A DNA stretch of 64,000 nt from Podarcis tiliguerta (Eukaryota): NCBI GenBank assembly GCA_965153285.1, contig OZ229111.1, one strand, 5' to 3'. This document shows, piece by piece, positions 48,837-61,031 of the stretch. The notes beneath the pieces are model-generated. The model worked only from the letters and a program-made list of their open reading frames with translations, had not been told where the DNA came from and did not search any database. The translations under genes and the position numbers were made by a program. How positions within the stretch are numbered: position 1 is the first letter of the stretch; each line of letters opens with the position of its first letter.

Positions 48837-51800
48837 AATGCCTATCTAGTCAAGCATTCTGTTTTGTGCCATGGGCGACTAGATTCCTAAAAGGTAATAG
48901 TCCTCTCCTTTTGATGCTCTCCAGCAATGTATGAAGGCAGTAGCCCTTTTGTTTGCTCTCCAGCAGCTGTTACTCAAGAGGCGTTCTGTCTTTAAACTTG
49001 AAAGCTCCTTATAGCCATCGTGACCAGTAGTGCAGGAGCACAAGTCTACAGCAAGACTGAGAAAGTCTGAGAGCCCATCCCAGAACAATTATGCCCAGAG
49101 GTTTCTTTGCATTACATCTACCATCTAATGATAGCAGCTGCAGTTTCGCCAGGTCCATGTGGGAGTTTGAGGTAGAGGAATGTGGAGCAATTCATTTAAG
49201 GCCATACATGACATCACCAGTAGCCTCAGGAATAGTTTTTTACCCATCTGGTCATCTAACCAAAGCAAAATCTCCTGCCTGGTGGGCGACACCCAACAGA
49301 AAAAAAATTCAAAGGAATTCTCACACCTTGGGCTGAGTGAGTTGACAGTGCTTACAGCTGGCACATAGCACATGGCTCATCAGCTGATTGTCCCTGCTCC
49401 ATTTTGAACACTACTCTCCTTATGAGTGGAATAAGCCATAAAACATAGTGTCATTGCTATGAAGCCTTGTGAAGTGACTTCCCGTCTCTCTCTTTCTCCC
49501 ACTCCCTGTCAAGAAAGGCAAGGATGTCACTGCCTATTTGATGTTCATTTTGACTTCCTCTTGGCGACGATCTTGTGCCCTCCTTTATTTCTTCCCTGGC
49601 TTCTTTCAGATTCAGAAGTTTGAGGAGTCATTACAAAGGAAGTCTTAGAGTGATTTAAGCAACTAGTTTAGGGGCTCTTTGATACGAACCGGGGTGCTGG
49701 GACAGAGGCAGTGTAGAAGCCTCTAGCTCAGAAGACCGAGAAGTGGGAAGGAGTCGCTATCTAACTTCCGCAATTGTTTCACTCAAATATAGCTCGGACT
49801 TGCCACAATATACTGTGCTAATGCCTCATGCAGTATGGCTGTTCTCGTGCTATACTTGGAAGCCATGTCCAGGGACATGAGAGACAGACCAAGAAACCAG
49901 CAGATGCATCAAGAGATAGCATTTTCAAGTGGGGACCAAATAACCTTGCTAATACCTTCATCAGCCACCATGTCTTTGGTTTATTTTTCACAAAGGATCA
50001 AGATCTCTGGCATTTAGCCACCCCATGTATACAGAATGCAACAACCTTAATTTGGCCAGCAGTTATTTAATCTGAATCAAAAGGAACAAATTGCCAAAGA
50101 CCTTGGCAACTGCCTGGCTTAGGTCTAACTCATGCTTGCCTGTCTTGAGTAATTCCATTGACCCAGTAAGGACCACACGCATCAGAAACACCATGAATGA
50201 GGTCAAGGCGTCGGCTCATGTGTTATCCCATACTAATTATGTGATCGTTTCTGTCTTTTAATGTGGAGCTTTAATAACAACAGTGCTTATTTTATATAGT
50301 AACTGATGTCACAATTTCACGTGTTGTTGGCCAATAATAATAATAATAAACCTCACGATATTGGCTGCTTCAATGTTGCTTGCACCACCTCCATTCGAGA
50401 ACTTACTGATGGATTGCAAGATCCTCTCATGATCAGCCCAGAGCAAAGTCTGGCCCAGATAAAGCATCTGCTGTTGACAAGTGCCTCATTGTAGCTCTGC
50501 CTTTTTCTGTCCTAGTATTTCCTCACCACAATGATGTTTACATGTGATTGCTATAGAGCTTACTGTAGAATGTACATAGCGACACATTTAGGGTGGGTAG
50601 GACTGTCCTGTCCTGTCCTGTGCTGTGCTGATGTTTTCAGAGAACAATCGAACAGAAGAAGAAGAAGAAAAATAAGTAACCACCCCTACAACCGTTAAGT
50701 GGAATTCTTCCATCTCCTGGCTTGGTTACAAGGGTAGATCAAAGTTCACCGCTGGCTTTGGTCAGAGAGATGGAAAATGCATCAAATTTCTGAGCATGCT
50801 GAAAGTGTTGAATGCAGCTGCAGAGGGGAAGGAAGAGTCCTTCTGCTCTCCAGAAAGAGCTGCCTTCAGTGCAGATCGCTTGCAAACATGGGTTTGTATT
50901 TAATCAGTTATTATTATTATTATTATTATTATCTCAAGTTACTTTTAAGAGGCTGGACTTACCAATGATGTTAGAGCATGCACACGCATGCTCTTTTGAG
51001 GAGGGAAGAAGGTCCTGTAACGCACATGGCCTCTCAATCCTAGATATAGGGAGAGGTGCAATAAGTGGTCTTTGTGTTGCCTGAAGCCTATAAAAATATT
51101 TATTTTAATTTTTTGTGAGAAATTTCACTAGGACTTTATGCAATATGCACACATGTGCACAAACGCACACATGTATAGGGAAAAGGTAGTGGCGGGGCAT
51201 TGAGCCCCTCTGACTGCTGCTGGGTACAGCAGCAGCAGCTGTAAATCCACCACTGTTGAATGTAGAACCTGAGTGGTATGGTTTGAAAAGCACGGACATC
51301 TAATGCTGGTTGTGGCACACTAGTAACCTGTGGCTTATTTTAATGGCTATTGGAAGCACAGCTAAGTTTGTATCAGCCACAGGGATACAAACACTGCAAA
51401 AACCCTTGGCTATCAGAAGCTTGGAAAGTTGCTCCATATGCGATGGGAGAATTTTAGGCAGCAAGCCTGTATTCAGGGTATATTCCAGGAGGGTCTTCAT
51501 AGAGCAGGAAGCTGCTGTGCTCCACATACACTGCAAGAAGTAGTTTGAGCTGCTGCTGGTGAAAAAAGCAAACCCCAAAACTCAGTTCAGAATGGCACAG
51601 GAATCGGAAGGACCACTTGGAGGTCCTAGTTCATCTCCACGAATCAGAGCAGCTGGGTGGATACCTTTTTAACAGATCTACAGAACTTGTGGCTTGCCTA
51701 ACTACCAGCCTGCCAGAGGCCTGGTCAGGGGTCAAAGTGTCTTGCAGGCCTCCGTAGATGGCTGGCATACTGTGATGGGCTTGGTGGGTTCCACAATCCT

Positions 51801-54800
51801 GGCCTATAATACAGAATAGGCATTTTGCTCATACTGTGAGGACAGTGGTAGGGTGGCAGTCCTCCCCTGACCTCCCGCCAGCTGGGTGGCTTGCTGCTTT
51901 CAGGAGGATTGAGGCAGTAGTGGGGGGTCAGTGTGGTGCACAAGGGAACCAGCAAAGCCATCAGCAGTTGAGTGTCACCACCACTAGTGTGTGAGGAGCT
52001 AGTTCCATGGTGCAGTCCCTCACAAGGCTCACTTCCTCAGCCTGAAGCCCCTCACTTGCTGAGTTCGAAGCACAGGCTGGAGATGAAAAGGGGGAAAGGA
52101 AGTTTATTCCTTATTGAGGTTGGGGGAATTAAAATGAGCTTTACACATTGCTATAGCCATCACTGCCGCCAACATGTTTGGGCAGATTTAAACCTTGGTG
52201 CAGTTCAGCTCATTTTGATTTCCCAAGGTGGCCGCACGTTGAGGCTAAGAAGAGTAGCCGAGGGTTCCCTGCCCCCATTAGCTAAAGAAGGATCTTAATT
52301 ACCTTAATGGTTACTTCCTCCGCCCTGTTTAGAAAGAGCTTGGGCTCCTGTGCTTTCCGTATACTTCTGCGAAGTCTGCCTAACTTTCTCCCATATTCTT
52401 TCTCTTAATAATATGCATAAAGCCAAGGACCCCGTACCCAAGGGGTAGGCCTAGCCATAACAACGATTAGCAGCAGAAACAAACCAAGCCTTTGCAAGAT
52501 CAGGTGAGAAACCAAATAAACAAATTAAAAGAATTCAATTTTCCAGGGTGTTTCGGAATAAGAGGGTGTGTTGAGAAAGGCAATCATGAGGGAGACATTT
52601 ATTTTTTTAAATAAACAGAACTATCTCTATATTATATGTAGGGGTGTGCGTGTGGGTATGTGTGAGTGAAAAAGAAGTCCCTCCTAACTGCTTCTTAATT
52701 AGGAAAAATACCTTAACAATAGGAATAAGTCATAAGCCATTTCCTTGCCCTTGGTCCTTTAAATAACCATGCTTTTATGTGAAACGCAAATGGTTCCTGC
52801 TAAATTCAGCAACCAGACAAAGGAGTGAATGCAGGCATCAGAAAAAGAAGATGCGTGCAGAAGAACTGGGTTCCCAAACGTCACTTTCATTGTCAGTCGA
52901 TGGAAATGTTCATCCCACGTTCCCTCTCAGAGTGACTGTCTTGAGCTTTGCTACCTCCATGAAACTTTCATGTCAGCTTGGTCATGTGTTTCCATGATTA
53001 GCATCCAATTTTCTCAGTAGCCCATGTCAAAAAGCCTTAGAGGAATCAGAGAGCAAGGACACTTCGATTTTCATTTGCCAGATGAAAGTAGCAAGTCCTT
53101 AATCTGTAGCTGAGCATTTCCTCAATTTGTTCTTACAGCAGGGTAGTCTATTTGTGACACACTTTAGCAATATGAGCATTCAAAGCCTTCTGCTTTCCCA
53201 TCAACGTTCTGCAAGTAATTGTTTGTTTAGGCCTCGTTCTCATTTGTGTGCTTTTTGACAATTTCCCCTGGCATCATTTCCCCCACATCACTGATGCCCA
53301 TGCATCATTTTAACGTGACTTTTGGCCCAACCATAACATTTTCATGTACGTATGATTGCAGGTACCTCCTTGCACTTAAGGGGGCATTGCGCCCCCTTAA
53401 CCCCAAAGTAACCTGGGGGCTTATGCATTTTGCATTTTATAGCTGGAAGTCTACCGTTAATAGTGGACAACAGAAATGCACTAGAGGTGAGCACCTATGA
53501 TGCTCTAACAAATTAATGTGTTGTAGGATAGATGCTACAAAAACAAGTACACAAGCATTGCTGCATGTCATGCAACTTAGGGACGGGATCTCTGTGACTG
53601 AGGTTATCACTAACAATCTGCAACTGAGCTTGCCACCTGACTGAAGGTGGGGGGCTCACATGATTGAACGCATCTCCGTACGCTCCCTGCACCTGAAAAA
53701 TGACCATGTCGTGGGAAAAGGTTATGTGCAGAATCTCAGTGAAAACTCGGCTATGCCCTAGTGTTAAGGAGCAAGCTATCCAATCTGGTTTGGGTGAATT
53801 TATCATGGTATCCTGCTGTCACCCTAAACTTTGTGCCAGTGAGGCAGACTAAATCAAATGCATCAGCCTTACTTGGGTTCTCTATCCTTGGAATGCATAG
53901 CACATGTCATTGATGGAGGAGCCTGTGTTGTTAGATGTTATTGGGGTACAGCTCCCATAATCCATGACCATGGTTCATGCTGGCTGGGGCTGATGGGAGT
54001 TGGAGCCCAACAACATTCAAAAGGTCACAGGTTTCCCCAATCCATTACCTAGGCTGTGATCCAATGAGCAAATGGAGCTCAAAAAAAAGAGAAAGAAATA
54101 AGGTTGCTCCATAGTCTTCATTATGGCAGAATTCTGTCTTTCAAAGCTTTACACAACATTGAAGAGAATGGGTAGGCCAGTTTTCACAGAGCTTTATATG
54201 CATAAAAATGCACCTGTATTACTAGATTAGCCTACTGAATTTTTGAAGGGTCAATTTACACTGAAGGTTTTTGTCCCCCCCCCCAAAAAAAAAAGTCAAA
54301 ACGTTTCCCATTTCCTCATGGAGGAAACTATGTCTGATGTGGATAGCAAGGCAAACCCCTGGAGAGTCTGGTTTTAATGCAGCCACTGGTGCTTTAGGTG
54401 GCATTATTTATTGGAAAAGTGAAAAGGAGTGAATTAATACCACTGTTTGCAGCGTGTGTTTATGAGTGTATGTGAGCCAGAGAGAGTGAAGGAGACTAAA
54501 TTGATGCATTTCTTAAGAAAGGTGTAAGAATTTCACCTAAAAGAGGGGCACATTTGCTATGTTATTTATAATAAAAAACTAGATTTTACTTTTTTTGTTT
54601 TTTGAAGAGGACACTGCTAATAATTAGAAGGGGCCAATTCTGCTTCTCTTTTACATGTATTAACTAAGTGATAACTTATTTCTTGGTAAGTAAAAGCAGC
54701 AGGATTGACCCCTTTTGTAATCAATAAAATCAAGTTTTTAGTTCACTGTTTTAAAAAAAATAGTAGAAGATTTTTATATTTCACTTAATTTCCCCCCAGT

Positions 54801-55184
54801 TGTGTTCTGTTGTGTCCTTATTTATGTAATATACTTTAACCTTAATCGGCATAGATTCTTATGCCTTTCCTTTGTTATTGTCATTTTTTAAAAGAAATAT
54901 TTCTTTCTAGTGTGATTTCAATGTCTACCTTCTAAATGAGAGAACGTTTTCTTGTATTTTTACATTGTCAGATTCTATAGTTTCGTAGATGATTTAACCA
55001 AATTGCTCAATGTATTCTCTATATCTATCTGGTAGGTATATAAAAGTTCTATTTTAAATTGTGTAAATACTTCAGAACTGGCTTCTTTTTGAAACTCCCC
55101 TGCCGTGGAGTTACTTGTTTACATCACAAAGACTGTAGAATCTCTACATTCATGTACTGTAAATAGTGAAGTGATCTGCCTATA

Positions 55185-55190
55185 AATAAA
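55185..55190 (+). terminator. Probable distal polyadenylation signal AATAAA of PPARGC1B
   Basis: AATAAA preceded by several TGTA motifs and followed by a GT/T-rich tract (about 55246-55265). Confidence 0.65.
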
Positions 55191-55489
55191 TAAATCATAA
55201 CAAATATACTATGAAGTCCAACACGTCCTGCTTGCTTGCAACTCGGTGTGTGTGTGTACATTTTTGGGAGGCTTTCTGCTCCTAAATTGCACCCATGTCC
55301 TCTCTATGCATCGGCTGGAGTCTGGTGACCCTCACACTTATCGTAGGCCTTGTTTACAGCTATAGAAGACAGAGGTGTCTTCTGAAAGATGCCAGCTTAT
55401 GGAACAGCTGTAGTCTTTGGTTTCTAATAGAGATCCAGATTAAGTGCCCCATGCAGAAGCTCTGACACTGCTTTGAAGAGGTCCACAAT

Positions 55490-55651
55490 AAGTGAGGTTA
55501 CAGGGAACCAGGCAGAGGGCCTTCTCGTTAGTAGTGCCGGCCCTGTGGATCACCCTCCCATCAGATGTCAAAGAAATAACTACATGACTTTTAGAAGACA
55601 TCTGAAGGCAGCCCTGTTTAGGAAAGTTTTTAATGTTTGATGTTTTGTAGC

Positions 55652-55684
<33 letters not shown>

Positions 55685-55774
55685 TTGTTGGGAGCCAACC
55701 AGAGTGGCTGGGGAAACCCAGCCAGATGGGCAGGGTATAAATAATAAATTATTCTTATTCTTATTCTTATTCTT
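55490..55774 (+). mobile_element. L2-like LINE 3' end with (TAT)n and (TTATTC)n tails
   Basis: agggccttctc...ccctgtgga...ttttagaagacatctgaaggcagccctgttt pattern, and gggcagggtataaataataaatt terminus. Confidence 0.65.
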
Positions 55775-56935
55775 AGGATGATTTTACATTATTCACATGC
55801 TTCATTGGCAAAGATAGCACTCTGTGACAAAAGGGGCAATGGATGCAGCATGCAACCCTTGGTTCCCCATAATGCTGTTTGGGGATCTTTCCCTTACCCC
55901 CAAGTATTAACCGATCTCCCAAGTAACACAAGAGGCAGGGCCAGGTGTGTTTAAAACCTATCATTAATGGGGAAAGCAACAGACACCAAACATAGCTCAT
56001 TTTAATTCAAAAGCGCCAAGACAACTGCTCCATCTCCAGTTGGTTCTTCCTCCTACCACCTCAGGGTCATTGCTTCTCCCTGACCCAGCCATAATTCAGC
56101 AGTTTGGGTTTTCTGATTAATTGTTTTCAGGTTTTTGTGGGGAAAGTGCTGATGGGCGGGGAGCGCTTGGACATGGACTTGGAAAGCCGGGACCTGTGTC
56201 CAGAAATGCAGAGCAAAGGTAGGTATAGATGAGCCCAGAGTCAGGTTTCATTCCACAGCAAAAGTGCAAGCATTGCATTTATGCTTCAGTCATGCCACAA
56301 AGCCCCAGGGGGATGGGATTGTCACTGTACGCACACAACCCTAGGAGCACTTTCTCCACTCAGCCTTGGAACTTGGTGTGTTTATTATTCTGCTAACAGG
56401 ACGAAAGAGTACTTTGGAGGTGTGTGGGCATGGGAAGAAAGAGCCAATTGTTATTTGCAGAATAAAAGTGTTTGAACAGCAAGGGAAGGAAAAGGAAAAT
56501 GTAGCAGAAAGCTTAAGGAGACCCCCAGGTGAGTAAGTAACATTGGGTAGAAAGGAAATGAGGTATTCATTCAAATGTGCGAAATTGTATTTTGCAAGTG
56601 TCCCTATTTATCAGGACTCTCTTTATGTTCTGGTCCCTGCCCTTATTTGCGAGTGTAAGAGATGTTTTCAGAAATGTCGTCCATGTGCAAAAATCCTCAT
56701 TTCAGACCCCTCTGCTCTCTAGGCATTAAGGACCAGAATCAAATACTTTGGTGTGCTAGCAGAAGCCAGCAGAAGGACTCTTGCTTGCACAGCAGGGTGC
56801 CCCTGCACACCTCTGCTCCACTTCCAAATCCTCAGGGGCTTGGAGTCTGGCAAATATATTGCAGCGATGTGCAGAAAGGAATAGCCCATTAAGGCTGCTG
56901 GTTATTACCCGTGGCAAACAAAGCCATTCTAAGTA

Positions 56936-57166
56936 CAGTAGACGCTTGGGGTTGCGAACGTGATCTGTGCGGGAGGCACGTTTACAACCCACAGTGTTCA
57001 CAACCCGCAGTGCCGTGTCTGCGCACGCACGGGTTGCGATTCGGCGTTTCTGCGCATGCGCGACCACCGAAACCCAGAAGTAACCTGTTCCAGTACTTCC
57101 AGGTTTCAGCGGGTCCATAACCCGAAAAAGTGCAACCTGAAGCGTCTGTAACCTGAGGTATAACTG
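56936..57166. mobile_element. Tc1/mariner-pogo MITE (second family)
   Basis: TA|CAGTAGACGCTTGGGGTTGC ... GTAACCTGAGGTATAACTG|TA; homologous to 40787-40923. Confidence 0.8.
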
Positions 57167-57821
57167 TACTGTATAGGTTTTGCATGTGGACAAGATGGAG
57201 CCAGCTAACACCCGCTAGCTCATACTCAAAACAAGCTTGAATTGGGAGAAGCAGGAAGGAAGTAAAGCCTGAAAGGAAGGGATCTACTGTGCCAACAAGT
57301 AGTTACTAAAGAGAAGGAATCAGAAAGGGGGAAAATGGGTTACCTTTCTATTTCCCACCCACCCCAGTTCAGGAAGCTTATTGCAAGCAATAAGGAATGA
57401 TTTTCAAATGTATTTTTAATTGTATTTTTACAGACATACTATGGATTACCTGAATGAAGCTTAATGACCATTGGTGGTCCACAGACCACAGTTTGGGAAC
57501 CTCTGCTCTCTCATATAGTGTATGTTTTTAAAAAACAACAAGAGCAAAATAAATGAGGTATGGGGATTGCATATGCACTTCTCATGCTTTACAGGTGTGC
57601 AGACCTCTGCAGTCTCTGGGTGAAATTCCCACTGGCTCTGCTAGGCATGATGCTTCCTAATCAGGATTTCTGGGACAAGGTTATTAGCATTCAGATGAGG
57701 GTGGCTGGTTTCGCCTTACTCTATACGGGCAGACACATTAAAATAAGGGCACCCAGGAAAGCAGCTTGGGCAATGATCCAAAGATAGAGGCAGTCTTCTA
57801 CACTTTTCTTCACACAGAGGG

Positions 57822-58240
57822 AGGGCCCAAGGACTACTCTGTTTTGCCATGTCTGGCTGTTAGAAATTCAGCTCCGGCCCATCGAGCTGATACGGCTCAT
57901 CTTGGATCAAGCCCAGCAGAGTATACATCCACTGTCCGCAACGAAAGGATGAGGCAGATATGGCTACATTGCGAAAGTTTTATTCCTAAGCTATGCAGAG
58001 AGCATACAAATACACATCTTGTCTCTGTGAGAAGCAGAGAGCAACTCCAACAAATAACGGCAGAACAAAGGAAACCGGAAACCAGTAAACGTCACATCCC
58101 GTCTCCCTTTCCCGTGGGAATCCAACAGTATCTGAAATGTGGAAAGAAAACATAGTCTTGTGACTACCAGCTGCTGCTCAGTGAGGGAAACAAAAACCAA
58201 CAGGGCCCAAGGACTACTCTGTTTTGCCATGCCTGGCTGT
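57822..58240. repeat. 39-bp direct repeat pair (57822-57860 and 58202-58240)
   Basis: AGGGCCCAAGGACTACTCTGTTTTGCCATG(T/C)CTGGCTGT, 38/39 identical. Confidence 0.95.
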
Positions 58241-58255
58241 AAGCACTTGACGTCA
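58071..58255 (+). promoter_or_regulatory. Candidate TRIM promoter: IRF/ISRE-like GAAACCGGAAACC, GAAACAAAAACC and a perfect CRE TGACGTCA
   Basis: Motifs at 58071-58083, 58187-58198 and 58248-58255, 0.7-0.9 kb upstream of the TRIM ATG. Confidence 0.4.
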
Positions 58256-58979
58256 CAAAGTGCCAACCCTCAATTTTCTGTTTTGTATAGCAATTTAGTC
58301 ACTTTAGTCACTTTTATTTTGTGATCTGCCTTTGAGCATGCTATTGGAAAAGTGGGATACAAATTTAACAAGCAGATAGATAGATGATAGATAGATTCAG
58401 TAACACACCTCGGGATCTTACAGTGAAGGGAGGGCCACAGTACAATACAATACAATTATAATTAATAATACTTGGTCAAAAATGAGGTGCTGATACTCGT
58501 ATCTTGATAAAAGCACCATAGGTGCCCGCACAAAGTGATATTTTTCAAAACATGCATAGGATTCTCTACTCTGTAGCACCACACAAAGAGAAAACTGGAT
58601 CCTTTAAAATCTACCTCTTCTCTTTGATTTTAATGAAGGATCTTAGATGCAAGGTTTCCTGGATTTGTTTTGTGAATTGTTTGTATGCTGCCTTATTGCT
58701 TGAGTGCCTTATGCTTTCTTTTATTTTCTATTGTAGTTGGTTTTCTTGGAGATTGTAAGTCACTTGTGGAGGAAGTTCCAAAAAAAGCGGAGTATAAATC
58801 TTTAAATTTTTAAAAAAACCACCAAATAAATAAAATAGTAGACATCTTCATTGGAAGAGCTGAGTCTATTGTGCCAAATGTGTTTTTTTAATAAAAATAA
58901 AAATCCTGCAGGTTTCCTTTCATTGAACTGGAGCTTAGCTAGTCTGCAAAGATTTTGGATCCATGGCAGAGAGACAGCA

Positions 58980-59540
58980 ATGGAATTTGAAACAACCACC
59001 TGCTGGAACCTGGTGACACACAGCATACATGGCCATCCTGTGTCCCTGAGCTGGGGCTACAGGAGTTCTCTTAGGACTCTGCCCAGGGCATACCGAACAC
59101 AGTGCAGGAGTCCAAAGCCAGCACCTCCTACCCTGTGTTCAAGGTTCATGCCAGGTTGTCAACAGAGAGCTGCCAGTTCTTCGCTGCCTCTTCAGAAGGA
59201 AAAGCCTCCTTGGAAGCTCAAAGAAAGGAGAATCATGATTCCCTGCGATTTCTGCCTAGGGAAACCTCACTTAGCAGAGAAGAAGTGTCTGACCTGTGAG
59301 GCATCCCTGTGCCGGGACCACCTGAGGAAACACAATTCGAAGGCCACCCAGAAGAACCATGCCTTGGTGGCTCTTGGGACCGCTGGGGCCCAGGAGGAGA
59401 AGAAATGCCCAGAGCATGCCATGCTGCTGGAATGCTACTGTCAAGACGACTTGGTGTGTGTTTGCAAGGCCTGCTCCACCACTGGCTCCCACAGCAGCCA
59501 CAGCGTCGTCGCCCTGAAGGACGAGTACGACAGGCAGATG
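58980..59540 (+). CDS. TRIM-family protein, first coding exon: degenerate RING remnant + intact B-box1 + B-box2 (start codon uncertain: 58980 or 59235)
   Basis: B-box1 CDFC-x10-CLTC-x4-C-x2-H-x3-H-x8-H from 59244; B-box2 C-x2-H-x7-C-x2-D-x4-C-x2-C-x5-H-x2-H; ATG|gtaagg donor; gcaATGG at 58980 is in frame and open. Confidence 0.85.
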
Positions 59541-60646
59541 GTAAGGGGCTTCAACCAGGCATGGAGCGTTCCAAAGAGGTCCTCCAATTAAATGTAACAG
59601 AGAGAGATGTTTTAAATAGAAACGGGTGTCAGAATGTGGAAGTGGGGGGAGAAAACGAAGCAAAAAACATCAAGCATCAAGTAGCATTCAAAGCCTGATA
59701 ACTAAGGAGTAGCAAATTATACTTGTGGGGTGTTTTTCTGATGGTGAGGCATGTATTTATACAAATATGTAGTCAGGGGAAGCGCTGTAGCTCACTGTGG
59801 TAGAGCATGCGCTTTTCACCCAGAAGGTCCCATTGAACTGAGAAATGACACCAAACCAACAGTGGAGACTGCCTATAGACCTTGCTTAGCCTCAGCACTT
59901 TCTGCAGGTATCTTCATTTCCGTGCTTGACAATGTGTTTGTGCATTACAGTTCCTGCCATTGATCACTGACTTTTTCCCCCCTCTGAGCATGGCAGTATG
60001 CCAGCCAAGATTAACAAACACTCCACTGTGTGTTAACAGCCCTTCCCAGGGAACATCTTATCAATGACCCCTGCTAGATTAGAGGACAATTTTGCAAAAA
60101 AGTTAGTGGTAACTAATGCCATTGCTTTTAATTTATGGCTTTCTGTAAGAACCTGCAGCCTGCTTCTAGAAGAACAAGTTTGCTGTTTGCTTGTTGTTTG
60201 CCGCCCTAGGCTCCTTCAGGAGTAAGGGCAGGAGATAAATTACACAAAAAATTACAAAATTACATAAAAAATAAAAGTTCTGCTGAGGCTAGTGGGACTT
60301 TGACCAGGATATGGGGACAGAAGAGCCTTGGAACACTTCTGTGTACTTGATTGCATACTTGATTGTGCTTTAAATCATTAGGAGTCTAGCTACTTGGGAA
60401 GAAGACCCAACATATTATTTGAAAAGACAAATAAAGCAGAAATTCACCATCATGGCAGCCCAAACATACAAATGGAGTTCAATGAGGGTTATTTCCAAGT
60501 CAATGTGCATTCCATTCTCAAACTGCAACCACAAACATCCTTGCCAGGATGCATGGCAGCCACCTGAGAGTTCTCAAGGAACTCAAATGTGAAATTGCTG
60601 GTCTTCAAAACAGAAATATGTCCCTTGGATCATGAAGCAGAGCTAG

Positions 60647-60949
60647 CAAGGCTTCTACAAGGGAAAATCCTGTCTCACAAACCCATGAGGGTGTCAACAA
60701 GCGTGTCAGCAAGCATATAGACAGAGGTGATCTGGTTGACATAGCATACCTGGACTTTCTAAAAATGTTTGACAAAGTATGTCACCAAAGACTCCTGAGT
60801 AAGCTTAGTAGTCAAGAACTAAGAGGAGAAGTCCTCTTGTGGATCAGGAATTAGTTAAGTTGGAAGAAGCAAAGAATAGGAATAAATGAACAGTTCTCCA
60901 AATGGAAAAAGTAGAAAGCAGAGTCCCCCAAGGATCGGTATTGGAACCT
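60647..60949 (+). mobile_element. CR1 LINE ORF2 reverse-transcriptase fragment (degenerate)
   Basis: Broken translation GF.KGKSCLTN ... VDIAYLDF.K.FDKV.HQRLL ... VPQGSVL.P. Confidence 0.88.
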
Positions 60950-61031
60950 CTGCTATAGTTGATTAATCTACCAAATAAACTTACTGAAATGTACAGTTCT
61001 GTGATTTCCCTTCTGATTTTCTCTTAATCAG

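Larger units (their letters stand above)
47865..55210 (+). other. PPARGC1B: PPARGC1B long 3' UTR (~7.3 kb); 3' end approximate
   Basis: Follows the stop codon; motif-dense proximal block; AU-rich distal block ending in TGTA elements and AATAAA at 55185-55190; TE-poor relative to the introns. Confidence 0.7.

Noticed and set aside
55773-56000. Minus-strand ORF containing CCIH, reminiscent of the PDE6A CAAX end (CCIQ*) at the expected syntenic position
   Set aside because: No stop after the motif, no clear acceptor, and no other PDE6A exon remnants recognised; probably chance, though a tblastn would settle it
58851-58979. 5' extension of the TRIM ORF (EELSLLCQMC) looking like a RING start
   Set aside because: Begins at TTG, crosses a T/A-rich intron-like tract, and CxxC is too far from the PVSL core for typical TRIM RING spacing
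59775-59835. tRNA-like sequence (GGGGAAGCGCTGTAGCTCACTGTGGTAGAGCAT); similar at 13750-13810
   Set aside because: Truncated, no complete cloverleaf; these are SINE heads, not tRNA genes
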